DNA of 64,000 nt, taken from NCBI GenBank assembly GCA_034433795.1, contig DAOUAE010000013.1:1-64000 (forward strand), read 5' to 3'. The notes beneath the pieces were generated by a model that saw only the letters and a list, made by a program, of their open reading frames with translations, did no database searches and was not told the DNA's origin. The stretch comes from Chloroflexota bacterium. GTDB taxonomy: Bacteria > Chloroflexota > UBA6077 > FW602-bin22 > DAOUAE01. The translations under genes and the position numbers were made by a program. Below, one piece after another: positions 1 to 9,916 of this stretch. Position 1 is the first letter of the stretch. Every line of letters starts with the position of its first letter.

Positions 1-1125
1 CACGCAGGCCGAGCGGTTGCGCTGGGAGTAGATGAGGTTGACCGGGGCCTCGTAGCCGGGCACCAGCCGCCGGTAGGAGTTGGTGGTCGGCGCGCACAGG
101 GCCAGCAGCGCCGGCGCGTGCCGCAGCAGGCCCCCGATATAGTACAGGGCCAGCGGGGAGAGCTGCGCGTACCCCTCCGGGTCGTAGAAGAGGTTCTGGC
201 CCTCTTTCCAGAGGCTCTGGTGGGTGTGCATGCCGGAGCCGTTGTCGCCGAAGATCGGCTTGGGCATGAACGTGGCCGTTTTGCCGTTCTCGCGGGCGAC
301 GGTCTTGACCACGTATTTGTACAGGAGCACCTGGTCGGCCATGCGGGTCAGACTCTGGTAGCGCAGGTCGATCTCGCACTGGCCGCCGGTGGCCACCTCG
401 TGGTGGTGGGCCTCGACGGCGATCCCCATCTGGCGCAGTCGCCGGACGATGAGCGTGCGCAGGCGGTGGAGGGAGTCGGTCGGCGGGGCCGGGAAGTAGC
501 CCTCTTTGAAGCGGGGCTTGTAGGCCAGGTTGGGCTGTTCGTCGCGGCCGCTGTTCCAGGCTCCCTCGCGGGAGTCGAGGAAGTAGTAGCCGGAGTGGCT
601 GGTCTGATCGAAGCGGGCGTCGTCGAGGATGAAGAACTCGATCTCCGGCCCCCAGTAGCTGACGTCGGCGATGCCGCTCTGCCGCAGGAAGGCCTCGGCC
701 TTCTGGGCGATGTAGCGGCTGTCGCGGGTGAAGCGCTCGCCGGTGACCGGGTCGTAGATGTCGCAGAAGAGGCTGACGGCCAGGATATCGTCCACCCGGT
801 CGAGAACCGCCGTCGTCGGGTCGGGGCGCAGGAGCATATCGCTCTCGGCGATCTCCTGAAAACCGCGGATCGAGGAGCCGTCGAAGCCGATGCCCACCGC
901 AAAGGCCTCGTCGTCGAGCGCCTCGGCCGGGATGGTCAGATGCTGGAGCGTGCCGACGAGGTCGGCGAACTTCAGATCGACGACCTCGGCCCCGCTCTGG
1001 CGGACAAAGGCGATGACGTCGGCTGGCTGGACGGTCAGGCGGTGGCCGTCGCGGGCCGCCAGAAACTGCTGAATGGTGGTGGCCGTCTGGCCGGCGCGGC
1101 GGGCCGGCAGGAGTCCCCGGACCAT
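1..1125 (-). CDS. glnA: glutamine synthetase type I (partial; 3' end beyond window start)
   Basis: Minus-strand translation from ATG at 1123-1125 (RBS GAAGGAGAGG upstream) reads MVRGLLPARR...VVDLKFADLVGTLQHLTIP...KPIFGDNGSGMHTHQSLW...NSYRRLVPGYEAP, which are classical GS-I signatures. The frame is open to position 1. It is absent from the ORF track because it has no stop inside the window. The listed + ORF 118..1209 is its antisense shadow. Confidence 0.9.
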   Translation of the reverse strand, partial: MVRGLLPARRAGQTATTIQQFLAARDGHRLTVQPADVIAFVRQSGAEVVDLKFADLVGTLQHLTIPAEALDDEAFAVGIGFDGSSIRGFQEIAESDMLLRPDPTTAVLDRVDDILAVSLFCDIYDPVTGERFTRDSRYIAQKAEAFLRQSGIADVSYWGPEIEFFILDDARFDQTSHSGYYFLDSREGAWNSGRDEQPNLAYKPRFKEGYFPAPPTDSLHRLRTLIVRRLRQMGIAVEAHHHEVATGGQCEIDLRYQSLTRMADQVLLYKYVVKTVARENGKTATFMPKPIFGDNGSGMHTHQSLWKEGQNLFYDPEGYAQLSPLALYYIGGLLRHAPALLALCAPTTNSYRRLVPGYEAPVNLIYSQRNRSACV

Positions 1126-1136
1126 CGTCCTCTCCT

Positions 1137-2519
1137 TCAGGAGCCGCTCTCCGCCGCGCGACCGGCCCGCCGCCCTGACGAGCGCTCCAGCAGGGTGCTC
1201 AGTTTCTGACCGGTCAGCGCCTCGACGATGGCCGGGAGCTGGGCGATGATATCGGCCACATCACGGGTCAGGCGGTGGGCGCCGGCCGCGCCGTCGGGCC
1301 CGCCGATGATGACAATGCGGTCGGTCTTGGCCAGCGGCTGGCTGATGGCGTTGGCCAGCTGGGGCAGGACGTTGACCACGATCTCGGTCAGGGCGGCCTC
1401 GTTATAGAGGCTCCAGGCCTCGGCCTTCTGGCGCATGGTCTCGGCCTCGGCCAGACCGACCGCCCGCCGCACCTCGGCCTCGGCCAGCCCCCTGGCGCGC
1501 AGGCCGTCGGCCTCGCCGACGGCCTCGGCCCGCCGGCGGTAGCCTTCGGCCTGGGCCAGCAGCTCGATCCGCTGGCGTTCGGCCTCGGCCGGCTTGATCA
1601 CCGTCGCCTCCAGTTCGCGGCGCCGGCGCTCGATCTCCCTCTCCTGGAGAGCGATCTGCCGCTCTTTCTCGACGATGGCCACCTGGATCTCTTCGGCTTT
1701 GACGGCCTGGGCCATCCGGTAGCGCTGGAGGTCGTAGGCCAGGTCGGCCTCGGCCCGCTTGCGGGCGATGTCGGCGGCGAACTCGGCCCGGCGCATCTCG
1801 TAGTCGCGCCGGGCGGCCTCGATTTCGATCTGGGCGGCGTAGTGGACCTGCTGGGCCTCGCGCTCGGCCTGGGCCTCGCCGATGACGGCGTCGCGCTTCA
1901 CCTGCGCCACCCGCGGCCGACCCAGCGCCTCCAGGTAGCCCTGACTGTCGCTGATGTGGTGCAGGGTCAGCGAGACGATCTCCAGCCCCATGCGCTGCAG
2001 GTCGGCCTCGGCGGCCTCGCGGACCCGCCGGGCGATCTCCTCGCGCCGGCGGTAGACCTCCTCAACCGAGACGGTGCCCAGCACCGCCCGCAGGTGCCCC
2101 TCCACCACCTGGTGGGCGACCCGTCGGATCTCCTGCGGCGGACGCGAGAGGAACTGCTCGGCCGCCAGGGCGATGGAGCGGTCGTCGCTGCGGACCTTGA
2201 CCTGGGCGACCCCTTCGACGGTGATCCGCACGCCCTGGGCGGTGTAGGCCTCCGGTACGCTGACGTCGACCGTGAGCAGTTCCAGCGAGAGGCGCTGGAC
2301 CCGCTCCCGGATCGGCCAGACGAACGTGCCTCCGCGGACGAAACGGTAGCCGATGGTCCGGCGCTGCCCGGTCTCGTCGACGATCGTCCGCGGCCGGCCC
2401 GAGATGACCAGCACCTCGTTCGGCCCGGCCTTGACGTAGCGCAGCGCCCACAGCACGATCAGTCCGGCGATCAGCGCGGCCAGCAGGATGAGGATCAGCA
2501 CCACCAGCCACAGCTCCAT
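1137..2519 (-). CDS. flotillin / SPFH (band-7) domain membrane protein
   Basis: 460 aa with N-terminal TM helix MELWLVVLILILLAALIAGLIV. An SPFH domain is followed by a long Ala/Glu/Arg-rich coiled-coil (EAQAEREAQQ..., RQIALQEREIERRRRELEA), typical of bacterial flotillins (FloA/YqiK-like). RBS GGGAGGGA before the ATG. Confidence 0.8.
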   Translation of the reverse strand: MELWLVVLILILLAALIAGLIVLWALRYVKAGPNEVLVISGRPRTIVDETGQRRTIGYRFVRGGTFVWPIRERVQRLSLELLTVDVSVPEAYTAQGVRITVEGVAQVKVRSDDRSIALAAEQFLSRPPQEIRRVAHQVVEGHLRAVLGTVSVEEVYRRREEIARRVREAAEADLQRMGLEIVSLTLHHISDSQGYLEALGRPRVAQVKRDAVIGEAQAEREAQQVHYAAQIEIEAARRDYEMRRAEFAADIARKRAEADLAYDLQRYRMAQAVKAEEIQVAIVEKERQIALQEREIERRRRELEATVIKPAEAERQRIELLAQAEGYRRRAEAVGEADGLRARGLAEAEVRRAVGLAEAETMRQKAEAWSLYNEAALTEIVVNVLPQLANAISQPLAKTDRIVIIGGPDGAAGAHRLTRDVADIIAQLPAIVEALTGQKLSTLLERSSGRRAGRAAESGS

Positions 2520-2540
2520 CGGATCCCTCCCGGTCCACGG

Positions 2541-2987
2541 TCAGGCCACCGCCCGCCGGCGGCCGTCCTGGACCTCCAGGCCTTCCAGCGCCTCCTGGAG
2601 CGTCCGCAGGCTCTCGCCCACATACAGCATCGGCCGCTCGGTCGGCTCCAGACAGACCAGGTAGCGGCCGGCCAGCCAGTGCACCGGCCACTGACGGCGC
2701 CGGCCGTTGAGGCTGACGGTCAGGTGACCGACCGGTGGTCGATCGGGCTGAAGCCCCCGCCACCGCTGGGGCGAGAGGAGAGCGATGGCGAGCCTCGTCG
2801 GTTCGGCCAGGCGCCCGGATCGGAGCAGCCGGTCGGCCAGGATGTCGCGGAGGTCGAGCAGGCCGGCCAGCCCGGCCGGCCGGGCGCCGTCGGTCACATC
2901 CGGGCACCAGAGGGTCGGTCCGGTCTCCCGGAAGACCGGTGTCCAGATGCCCGCCAGCGGGTCAGCCAGGAGGGCGTAGGGGGCCAC
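2541..2987 (-). CDS. hypothetical protein
   Basis: 148-aa ORF (GTG start) with no recognisable motif. It overlaps the next ORF by 26 nt in another frame. It may be the 3' part of a disrupted gene. Confidence 0.3.
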   Translation of the reverse strand: MAPYALLADPLAGIWTPVFRETGPTLWCPDVTDGARPAGLAGLLDLRDILADRLLRSGRLAEPTRLAIALLSPQRWRGLQPDRPPVGHLTVSLNGRRRQWPVHWLAGRYLVCLEPTERPMLYVGESLRTLQEALEGLEVQDGRRRAVA

Positions 2988-3456
2988 GGCCCGCAGCGTC
3001 GGCGGGGCGATGCGGGCGATCTGGACCTGCGGGTCGAACCCGGCGGCCGCCCGGTAGAGCTGCAGACTGCGGATCAGGGTCGCAAGGTCGCGCGTCGTGA
3101 AGACCGGCCCCCCCCGCCGGGCGGGCCTGGTAGGTCCCGGCGAGGGCGTAGACCGGCACCACCTCCTCGTCCGGCCCCAGGATCAGCCAGTAGGCCGGGA
3201 GGCGGCCGCGCCACAGAAGGGTCCGGAGCAGCGTCTCAACCGCCGTCTGCAGGGCGGCCAGGTTCTGCCGCTCCAGCCGCCAGCCCAGCACCTCGGCCGT
3301 GTAGACGGCAGGGCGGTCGCCGCCGCCCTGCCAGTAGACCGGGAGGGTGGCCACCGGTCGTCCCTCCAGCGCCACCGTGCAGAGGTATCGGGGTGCCGGG
3401 GGCACCGCCCGAGGGGCGTAGGCCGGATTGTGCTGCCAGGCCAGGTGCAGCGGCAT
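2962..3456 (-). CDS. hypothetical protein (C-terminal 50 aa low-complexity)
   Basis: 164-aa ORF immediately downstream of amt. The N-terminal 110 aa look protein-like; the tail (GRRVRPAGPDRPHRPADAAGRGPLRPPG) looks like out-of-frame or disordered sequence. No PII (GlnB/K) signature. Confidence 0.3.
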   Translation of the reverse strand: MPLHLAWQHNPAYAPRAVPPAPRYLCTVALEGRPVATLPVYWQGGGDRPAVYTAEVLGWRLERQNLAALQTAVETLLRTLLWRGRLPAYWLILGPDEEVVPVYALAGTYQARPAGGAGLHDARPCDPDPQSAALPGGRRVRPAGPDRPHRPADAAGRGPLRPPG

Positions 3457-3483
3457 CGTCCCTCCTCGTCTGCCCAGCGTCCG

Positions 3484-4893
3484 CTAGCCCTCCTCGGGGG
3501 CGCGCACCACCATCACCCCGCCAGGCCGCAGGCCGGCGGTGGGCAGTTCCGGGTAGCCCTCGGTGCCGTGTTCGGCCAGGTCCAGGCCGATCACCTCGTC
3601 GCGCGGCGCCACCCGCAGGCCGACGAGCCGCTGGAGCACCCAGAAGACGACCAGTGAGGCCAGGGCGACGTAGGCGAAGGCCACGCCGATGCCCAGCGCC
3701 TGAACACCGAGCTGGGCCAGGCCGCCGCCGTAGAAGAGGCCCGGCCGGCCGACCTTCAGCTGCTCGACGAGCGCGGGGGCGGCGAAGAGGCCGGTGGAGA
3801 GGGTGCCCCAGACGCCGGCCATCCCGTGGACGCCGAAGGCCCCGACCGGGTCGTCGATCCGCAGACGGTACTCGACCAGGCGGACGGTGCCGAGCATCAC
3901 CAGGGCGGCCACGGCGCCGATGATGACCGCGGCCCAGGGCTCGACGAAGGCGCAGGCGGCGGTGATGGCCACCAGGGCCGCCAGGATGCCGTTCAGCATC
4001 ATGCCGATGTCGGGCTTGCCCAGGAAGAGCCAGGCCCCGCCGAGGCCGGCCAGCGCGCCGGCCGCGGCGGCCAGGTGGGTGGTCAGGGCGACGTAGGCGA
4101 AGAAGCCGCCGACCGCCGCCAGCGTCGAGCCGGGGTTGAAGCCGAACCAGCCCAGCCAGAGGATGAACACCCCCAGGACGGCGAAGGCCAGGTTGTGCCC
4201 CGGGATCGGGTTGGGGGTGCCATCGGGGTTGTACTTGCCCAGCCGCGGACCCAGGAGCATGGCGCCGATAAGGGCGGCGGTGCCGCCCTGGAGATGCACG
4301 ACCGTTGAGCCGGCGAAATCCTGCATCCCCAGCCCGGCCAGCCAGCCCCCGCCCCAGATCCAGTGGGCGACCACCGGGTAGATGACCGTGGCGTAGGCCA
4401 GGCCGAAGAGGGGATAGACCGCCAGCCGGGTCCGTTCGGCCATCCCGCCCCAGACGATGGCCAGCGAGACGGCGCAGAAGGCGACCTGGAAGAGATATTT
4501 GGCGCCCAGCGGCACGGTCGAGGCGGCCAGCGAGGCGAAGACCGTGGCGACCTCCTCGGGGGAGACGGCCAGGAAGAAGCCGCTGGTGCCGAAGAGGGGG
4601 GTACCCGTGCCGAAGGCGACGGCGAAGCCGACCGCCCAGAAGGCCAGCGAGGCGCTGGCCAGGACGATAAGGTTCTTGGCGGCGACGTGGCCGGCGTTCT
4701 TGGTGCGGGTCAGGCCGGCCTCGAGCAGGGCGAAGCCGGCCTGCATGAAGATGACCAGGACCCCGGCCACGAGCACCCAGACCGCATCCACCGCCAGAGC
4801 CAGGTCGGCCGGCGTCGGGTCCGCCGCCCGGGCCACGCCCACCACCGCCAGGGCCGGCAGCACCCCTGCCAGCGCCCGCCGGCAGCGTGTCAT
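3484..4893 (-). CDS. amt: ammonium transporter, Amt family
   Basis: About 11 TM helices with Amt signature blocks (DAVWVLVAGVLVIFMQAGFALLEAG, GFNPGS, HGMAGVWGTLSTGLFA). Start reassigned to ATG 4891-4893 (RBS GGAGGAGG; signal-like MTRCRRALAGVLPALAVVGVARA) rather than the track's upstream ATG. Confidence 0.9.
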   Translation of the reverse strand: MTRCRRALAGVLPALAVVGVARAADPTPADLALAVDAVWVLVAGVLVIFMQAGFALLEAGLTRTKNAGHVAAKNLIVLASASLAFWAVGFAVAFGTGTPLFGTSGFFLAVSPEEVATVFASLAASTVPLGAKYLFQVAFCAVSLAIVWGGMAERTRLAVYPLFGLAYATVIYPVVAHWIWGGGWLAGLGMQDFAGSTVVHLQGGTAALIGAMLLGPRLGKYNPDGTPNPIPGHNLAFAVLGVFILWLGWFGFNPGSTLAAVGGFFAYVALTTHLAAAAGALAGLGGAWLFLGKPDIGMMLNGILAALVAITAACAFVEPWAAVIIGAVAALVMLGTVRLVEYRLRIDDPVGAFGVHGMAGVWGTLSTGLFAAPALVEQLKVGRPGLFYGGGLAQLGVQALGIGVAFAYVALASLVVFWVLQRLVGLRVAPRDEVIGLDLAEHGTEGYPELPTAGLRPGGVMVVRAPEEG

Positions 4894-5045
4894 CGCCGCT
4901 CCTCCTCCGCCTGGGCCAGCCGCTCGGGCTCGGTGGGGCGACGGCCGGCCCAAGATCACGCCGCTCGGGATCGTCTTAGGTGCCTGATCGGCTGTCTTGC
5001 AATGGGCAGAGTGACCAATTTTTCGGCGTCAGAATTGGGCGCTTG

Positions 5046-6713
5046 TCACAATCCGGGAGGGGCGGGCTGGCGCTGGGTGGCGGCCAGCACCTCGCCGATG
5101 CGCAGGGCCAGGTGGAGGGCCAGGCGCACCTCGGCGTCGTCCAGGTCGAGCCCGGTGATCTCGCGGATGCGGCTCAGGCGGTAGAGCAGGGTGTTGCGGT
5201 GCACATGCAGGGCGGCGGCCGCCGCAGTCGGGCTGCCGTGGCAGCGGAAGTAGGCGTCGAGGGTCTTGAGGAGGTCGCTGGCGTTGCGCTGGTCGTACTC
5301 GACCAGCCGGCCCAGCGTCTCCTGGTAGAAGGCCTCCAGCTCGGCCCGCCCCTGCATGGCCAGGAGCAGCCGGTAGAGCCCCAGGTCGCCGAAGTAGGTC
5401 AGCCGGCCCGGGCCGAAGAGGCGAGTTCCCAGCAGCAGGGCGCCTTCGGCCTCGCGGTAGGCGGTGCGCAGGCCCTCCAGGCCGGGGTAGAGGCGGCCCA
5501 GCCCGCCCGAGACGACCGCCTGGGTCTCGCGGGCCAGGATGGTCCGCAGGTGCTCCGCGGTCGATTTCAGGGCCGGGGGTTCGCTGCCCTCGCCGACCGG
5601 GTAGAAGGCGATCAGCCGGCCGCTTTTCACCGTGCAGGGCACCGCCAGGCCACGGCGGTTGGCCTCGCGCAGCAGGGCCTCGCGCAGTCGGCTGGCCTCG
5701 CCATTGGCGCCGTCGGCGGCGAAGACCACCACCGCGTGGGGCTGGCGGAGGTCGTAGCCCAGGCGTTCGGCCCGGGCCAGGAACCCCTCGACCGAGCCGT
5801 AGGTGCCGCTGAGCAGACTGTCCACCAGGTCGGCGTGCAGCCGGTCCTCGGTCTCCAGAACCGCCCGCTCGCGGGCCAGTTCGATGGCGCAGGCGGCGGC
5901 CGCCCGTCGCACGGCCAGAGCGTCGAGTTCGGTCAGCGTCTCCGGCGGTCCGATGACCGAAAGATAGGCCGCCACCCGCTCGCGGACGACCACCGGGGCC
6001 ACCAGCCGCATCAGCCCCAGGGCCAGCGGGAAGCGCTCAACCGGTGGGTCGGCGGCGTTGGGCACCCCGCGGGGCCAGTCCGCCAGGTCGCTCCGCCGCT
6101 CCTCGAGGAGGGGCCCCAGGACGCTCTCGTGGGCCTCTTCGCCGGGCAGGCTGCCGATGTAGCGCTGGCCGGTCTCGATGTCCTCCAGGACGGCCGGGTT
6201 GCCGACCAGGGCGGCCAGCCGCTCCAGAATGGCCACGATCCCGCGCCCGGCCAGGGCCAGTTCGGTCAACTGGCGGTAGATCTCCTGGCCGCGCTGGTGC
6301 AGCTCGGTCCGCCAGTCGGCGACCGTCCGGGTGATCGTCTGCTCCAGATCGTGCAGGTTCGTGCCGGCGGGCAGTTTGAGGAGCGGCAGATCCAGCTTGT
6401 TGCTGAGGTCGCGGGCCTCGGGCGGGATCTCGCCCAGGACGGCCACGGCGGCCACCCCGACGCCGGCCAGCGAGCGGATGACCTGGACCAGGGTGAGGGA
6501 GGGGTCCAGGATGCGCATGGCCTCGGTGGCGATGAGCGCCACCTCGCCGCCGCGCAGCGACTGGAAGGCCGGCGGGCGCGTCCGGAGCGTGGCCGGCCAG
6601 GTCACCTCGCGCCCCAGCCCGCCGGCCCCGGCCACCAGCTCGGTTCCGGCCGGGAAGGCCAGCCGAATCAACGTCTCAACGGTCAGACCGGTCTGAAACC
6701 GTCCCGAGACCAT
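5046..6713 (-). CDS. PucR-family transcriptional regulator (GGDEF-like middle domain, C-terminal PucR HTH)
   Basis: 555 aa. The C-terminal HVHRNTLLYRLSRIREITGLDLDDAEVRLALHLAL matches the PucR C-terminal HTH. The N-terminal region matches the purine-catabolism PurC-like domain. Confidence 0.8.
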   Translation of the reverse strand: MVSGRFQTGLTVETLIRLAFPAGTELVAGAGGLGREVTWPATLRTRPPAFQSLRGGEVALIATEAMRILDPSLTLVQVIRSLAGVGVAAVAVLGEIPPEARDLSNKLDLPLLKLPAGTNLHDLEQTITRTVADWRTELHQRGQEIYRQLTELALAGRGIVAILERLAALVGNPAVLEDIETGQRYIGSLPGEEAHESVLGPLLEERRSDLADWPRGVPNAADPPVERFPLALGLMRLVAPVVVRERVAAYLSVIGPPETLTELDALAVRRAAAACAIELARERAVLETEDRLHADLVDSLLSGTYGSVEGFLARAERLGYDLRQPHAVVVFAADGANGEASRLREALLREANRRGLAVPCTVKSGRLIAFYPVGEGSEPPALKSTAEHLRTILARETQAVVSGGLGRLYPGLEGLRTAYREAEGALLLGTRLFGPGRLTYFGDLGLYRLLLAMQGRAELEAFYQETLGRLVEYDQRNASDLLKTLDAYFRCHGSPTAAAAALHVHRNTLLYRLSRIREITGLDLDDAEVRLALHLALRIGEVLAATQRQPAPPGL

Positions 6714-8444
6714 TCAGACCATCCGGTAGCGGTTGGCGATGGGCAGGCGCCGGTCCTTGCCGAAGGCCCGGGGGGTGATCTTGACGCCGGGCGGCGCTTG
6801 CCGCCGCTTGTACTCGCTGCGGTCGACCATCAGGATCACCCGCCGCACCGTCTCCGGGTCGAACCCCAGGCCCACGATCTCCTCGAACGACCGGTCCTCC
6901 TCGACGTAGGCCTTGAGGATGGGGTCCAGGACCGGGTAGGGCGGCAGGCTGTCGGTGTCCCGCTGGTTGGGCCGCAGTTCGGCCGAGGGCTCCTTGGTCA
7001 GCACGCTCTCCGGGATGACCGGCCGGGGGCCACAGGCGTTGCGATAGCGGGCCAGGGCGTAGACGGTGGTCTTGAGGACGTCTTTGAGGACGGCGAAGCC
7101 GCCGGCCATATCCCCGTAGAGGGTGGCGTAGCCGGTGGCCATCTCGCTCTTGTTGCCGGTGGTCAGGACCAGGTAGCCGAACTTGTTGGCCAGGGCCATC
7201 AGGATGTTGCCCCGGATGCGGGCCTGGAGGTTCTCCTCGGCCAGCCCGAACGGCGTGCCCTCGAAGGGACCGGCCAGCATCTGCAGCATGGCCTGGAAGG
7301 CCGGCTCGATGGGAATGACCAGCAGTTCGATGCCCAGGTTCTCGGCCAGCGTCCGGGCGTCCTCGAGGCTCCCCGGCGAGGAGAAGCGCGACGGCATCGA
7401 GACGCCGACGACGTTCTCCGGGCCCAGCGCGTCGGCGGCGATGACGGCGGTCAGGCTGGAGTCGATGCCGCCGGACAGCCCGACCACCACCTTCTGGAAG
7501 CCGTTTTTGTGGACGTAGTCGCGGGTGCCGGTGACCAGCGCCTGGTAGATCTCGGCGACCGGCTCCAGCGGCGTCTCGATGCGCCGCTCGACCGGCGGCC
7601 GCGCCCGCTGGACCGGCTCGGTCGAGAGCACGATCCGCTCGACCCGGCCCTCGGTCTGGTGGGCCAGTTTGCGCCAGCGCGGGTCGTGCAGCCGGCGGCG
7701 GAAGACGCCCTCGACGTCGAGGTCCACGATGAGCAGGTCCTCGACGAACTGGCGGGCCCGGGCGATGACCGTCCCCTCGGGGTCGAAGACCACGCTGCCG
7801 CCGTCGAAGACCAGTTCGTCCTGGCCGCCGACCATGTTCACGTAGCCGACGATGGCGCCGTTGTCGCTGGCCCGCGTGGCCAGCATGCGCTCGCGGAAGA
7901 GGCGCTTGCCGGCGTGGTAGGGCGAGGCGTTGATATTAAGGATCACCTCGGCCCCGGCCAGGGCCTGGGTGGTGGCCGGCCCGGCGGCGTACCAGATGTC
8001 CTCGCAGATCCCCAGGCCGATCGTGACCCCGCCGAGAACGTAGACCGGCGTCCGGGTGCCAGCCCGGAAGTAACGGTCCTCGTCGAAAACCCCGTAGTTG
8101 GGGAGATACTGCTTGTGATAAATGTCCACCAGACGGCCGTCGGCGATAAGGGCGGCGGCGTTGTAAATGTCGCCGTTGGCGGCGTCGACGAAGCCGACGA
8201 CGGCGGCCAGACCACGGGTGGCCGGCAGAACCGACGCCAGCGCGGCGCGGTTGTCGCTGATGAAACGGGGCTTGAGCAACAGGTCTTCGGGCGGGTAGCC
8301 GGTGATCATCAGCTCGGGGAAGACCACCAGGTCCACGGCCAGGTCGCGGCAGGCGTCGAGGGTCGAGACGACCTTGGCGGCGTTCCCGGCCAGATCGCCG
8401 ACCGTGGGGTTGAGTTGCGCCAGGGCCAGGCGGAAGGTGCGCAC
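6714..8444 (-). CDS. nadE: glutamine-dependent NAD+ synthetase
   Basis: 576 aa. N-terminal C-N hydrolase (nitrilase-like) domain plus a C-terminal NAD synthase domain with PP-loop [23 protein letters not shown] start with RBS AGGAGG. Confidence 0.9.
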   Translation of the reverse strand: MRTFRLALAQLNPTVGDLAGNAAKVVSTLDACRDLAVDLVVFPELMITGYPPEDLLLKPRFISDNRAALASVLPATRGLAAVVGFVDAANGDIYNAAALIADGRLVDIYHKQYLPNYGVFDEDRYFRAGTRTPVYVLGGVTIGLGICEDIWYAAGPATTQALAGAEVILNINASPYHAGKRLFRERMLATRASDNGAIVGYVNMVGGQDELVFDGGSVVFDPEGTVIARARQFVEDLLIVDLDVEGVFRRRLHDPRWRKLAHQTEGRVERIVLSTEPVQRARPPVERRIETPLEPVAEIYQALVTGTRDYVHKNGFQKVVVGLSGGIDSSLTAVIAADALGPENVVGVSMPSRFSSPGSLEDARTLAENLGIELLVIPIEPAFQAMLQMLAGPFEGTPFGLAEENLQARIRGNILMALANKFGYLVLTTGNKSEMATGYATLYGDMAGGFAVLKDVLKTTVYALARYRNACGPRPVIPESVLTKEPSAELRPNQRDTDSLPPYPVLDPILKAYVEEDRSFEEIVGLGFDPETVRRVILMVDRSEYKRRQAPPGVKITPRAFGKDRRLPIANRYRMV

Positions 8445-8715
8445 GGACCACTGCCTCCTGCCAGGGTTCTCCGCGCCGAATTATACAATATTCACAATAG
8501 GGGTGAGCGCCAGCCGGGGCCTATAGCGCCCCTGCCCAAAATCATGGGGCAGGTTTTTGGGCTTTCTGCCTAAGTGACCGGGCCTTCTGGGGGCAACCGG
8601 AGACCACCGGGCGGACAGCCGGGGTCAGCGGCCCCCTGCCAGGTGGCTGGGATTGTTGACGGGCGGGCCGGCGGACCCTATAATTGCCCATGATGTCGCC
8701 CTCAGGAGTTGACCG

Positions 8716-9492
8716 GTGATATCGGCCCTGCGGCGGGCGGTGGGATTGATCGCGCTGCTGCTCCTGGCGCTCTGGCTGGTCGGCTGTGCCGCCGACCGGC
8801 TGCCCGATGGCACCTACGAGGTGCGGCCGGGCTCGGTGACCTACGACGGCCAGACCTACAGCCTCCACTGGGTGGACGCGCAGGGGCAGGTGCACCGCCT
8901 GGAGCGGCGGGACCTCAAGATGGTTCAGGACGGCCGGACTTTTCTGGAGGTCCGCGACGGCGAGCCCATCCTGCACCTGAAGCCCGACGAGCCGATCACG
9001 GTCCTGGGCCGCGACAAGCAGGGCGAGTTCGGCAGCCTCTGGTTCCCCTTCCTCCTGGGACATCTGGCCGGATCGCTGGGCCGGGACCCGGTGGTCATCA
9101 CCCAGCCGGCGCCGGAGGCGCCCCAGCCCCCGCCCGACCGTCCGGCCTACCGCTATCCACCGACCGATCGGGCTGGGCGGGAAGAGGTCCTGACCGGGAG
9201 CATCGGCAGCGACCGGCCGACACGGCCGGACTACGAGCGGTGGCGGCCGAGCGCGACCGTCGTGGGTGGGCAGGCGGCGGGGACCGGTGGGGGGACCGCC
9301 GTCAGCGGTCGGACCCCCTACGCCAGCGGCCAGACCGGTGGCACCGGCAGTGGTTCGGCGGTGCTGCGGAAGAGCGGCGTTCCCAGTAGCGGGGACCGGC
9401 TCTCGCCGGCGCCCAGCCTGAAGTCCCGGCCCTCGGTTCAGGCCCCGCGCCTGAAGCCGTCTCTGCCCTCGGTTCGCAGCCTGCGCCGGTAG
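8716..9492 (+). CDS. hypothetical lipoprotein
   Basis: GTG start after CAGGAG. Signal peptide with lipobox LWLVGC. C-terminal half is Gly/Ser/Thr/Pro-rich. Confidence 0.5.
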   Translation: MISALRRAVGLIALLLLALWLVGCAADRLPDGTYEVRPGSVTYDGQTYSLHWVDAQGQVHRLERRDLKMVQDGRTFLEVRDGEPILHLKPDEPITVLGRDKQGEFGSLWFPFLLGHLAGSLGRDPVVITQPAPEAPQPPPDRPAYRYPPTDRAGREEVLTGSIGSDRPTRPDYERWRPSATVVGGQAAGTGGGTAVSGRTPYASGQTGGTGSGSAVLRKSGVPSSGDRLSPAPSLKSRPSVQAPRLKPSLPSVRSLRR

Positions 9493-9591
9493 CCCGGGCG
9501 GTGTTGAGGGGCGCCCCGGCGTGCTCCGCCTCCCCGCCGCCCCGGTGAACCGGTGGGATCCGTTTCAGCTCGCGAGAGGAGGCTGTCCACC

Positions 9592-9804
9592 GTGGAGATC
9601 GGCCGCTTTCTGCTCAGCCTGCTCCTGACCGTGGTCTGGAGCGTCGTGGCGGTGGCGATCGTGGTGGTGGTCTTCGAGGTCTTCCAGCGCCGCTACCGGC
9701 TGCTTGAGGAGATCTTTCAGGAGAACAGCGTCGCCGCGGCCATCCTGGCCGGCAGTTTCGTCATCGGCGTCTTCTACGTTGTCACCCAGATCGTGATCCA
9801 CTGA
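9592..9804 (+). CDS. DUF350-family small membrane protein
   Basis: Two TM helices with the central LEEIFQENSVAAAILAGSFVIGV motif typical of DUF350. Start taken at GTG 9592 preceded by GAGAGGAGG rather than the track ATG 9553. Confidence 0.5.
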   Translation: MEIGRFLLSLLLTVVWSVVAVAIVVVVFEVFQRRYRLLEEIFQENSVAAAILAGSFVIGVFYVVTQIVIH

Positions 9805-9847
9805 GCCGGCCAGGGCCAGAGACGTCCCGGCGGCCTTCAGACAGAAG

Positions 9848-9890
9848 GCCCACCCCCAGGGCGGTGGAGAACCGTGCCCTGGGGGTGGGC
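9848..9890. terminator. bidirectional intrinsic terminator (15-bp perfect stem)
   Basis: GCCCACCCCCAGGGC-ggtggagaaccgt-GCCCTGGGGGTGGGC sits between convergent genes. Confidence 0.5.
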
Positions 9891-9916
9891 CTCGCCAGGT
9901 TCGGGCGGCCGTCTGG

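Noticed and set aside
2541-3456. Possibility that ORFs 2541..2987 and 2962..3456 are one gene disrupted at the C8 homopolymer (3109-3116).
   Set aside because: Reading the alternative frames by hand shows a stop (TGA at 3075-3077) in the downstream frame between the homopolymer and the second ORF. A single +/-1 shift at the C8 run does not join them. They are left as two low-confidence hypothetical ORFs.
1275-3923. 882-aa + strand ORF, and many other long Arg/Pro/Gly/Ala-rich ORFs. Examples: 118..1209, 4980..8573, 12862..15537, 15963..18731, 18754..20475, 22027..23310, 25503..26963, 26735..27600, 28348..29526, 31081..33321, 37847..39757, 40758..42305, 47862..50090, 51039..52553, 52828..53994, 58851..61064.
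   Set aside because: They lie antisense to, or out of frame with, genes that have clear family signatures. Their composition is that of GC-rich shadow frames and they lack RBSs. They are typical spurious ORFs of a 70% GC genome.
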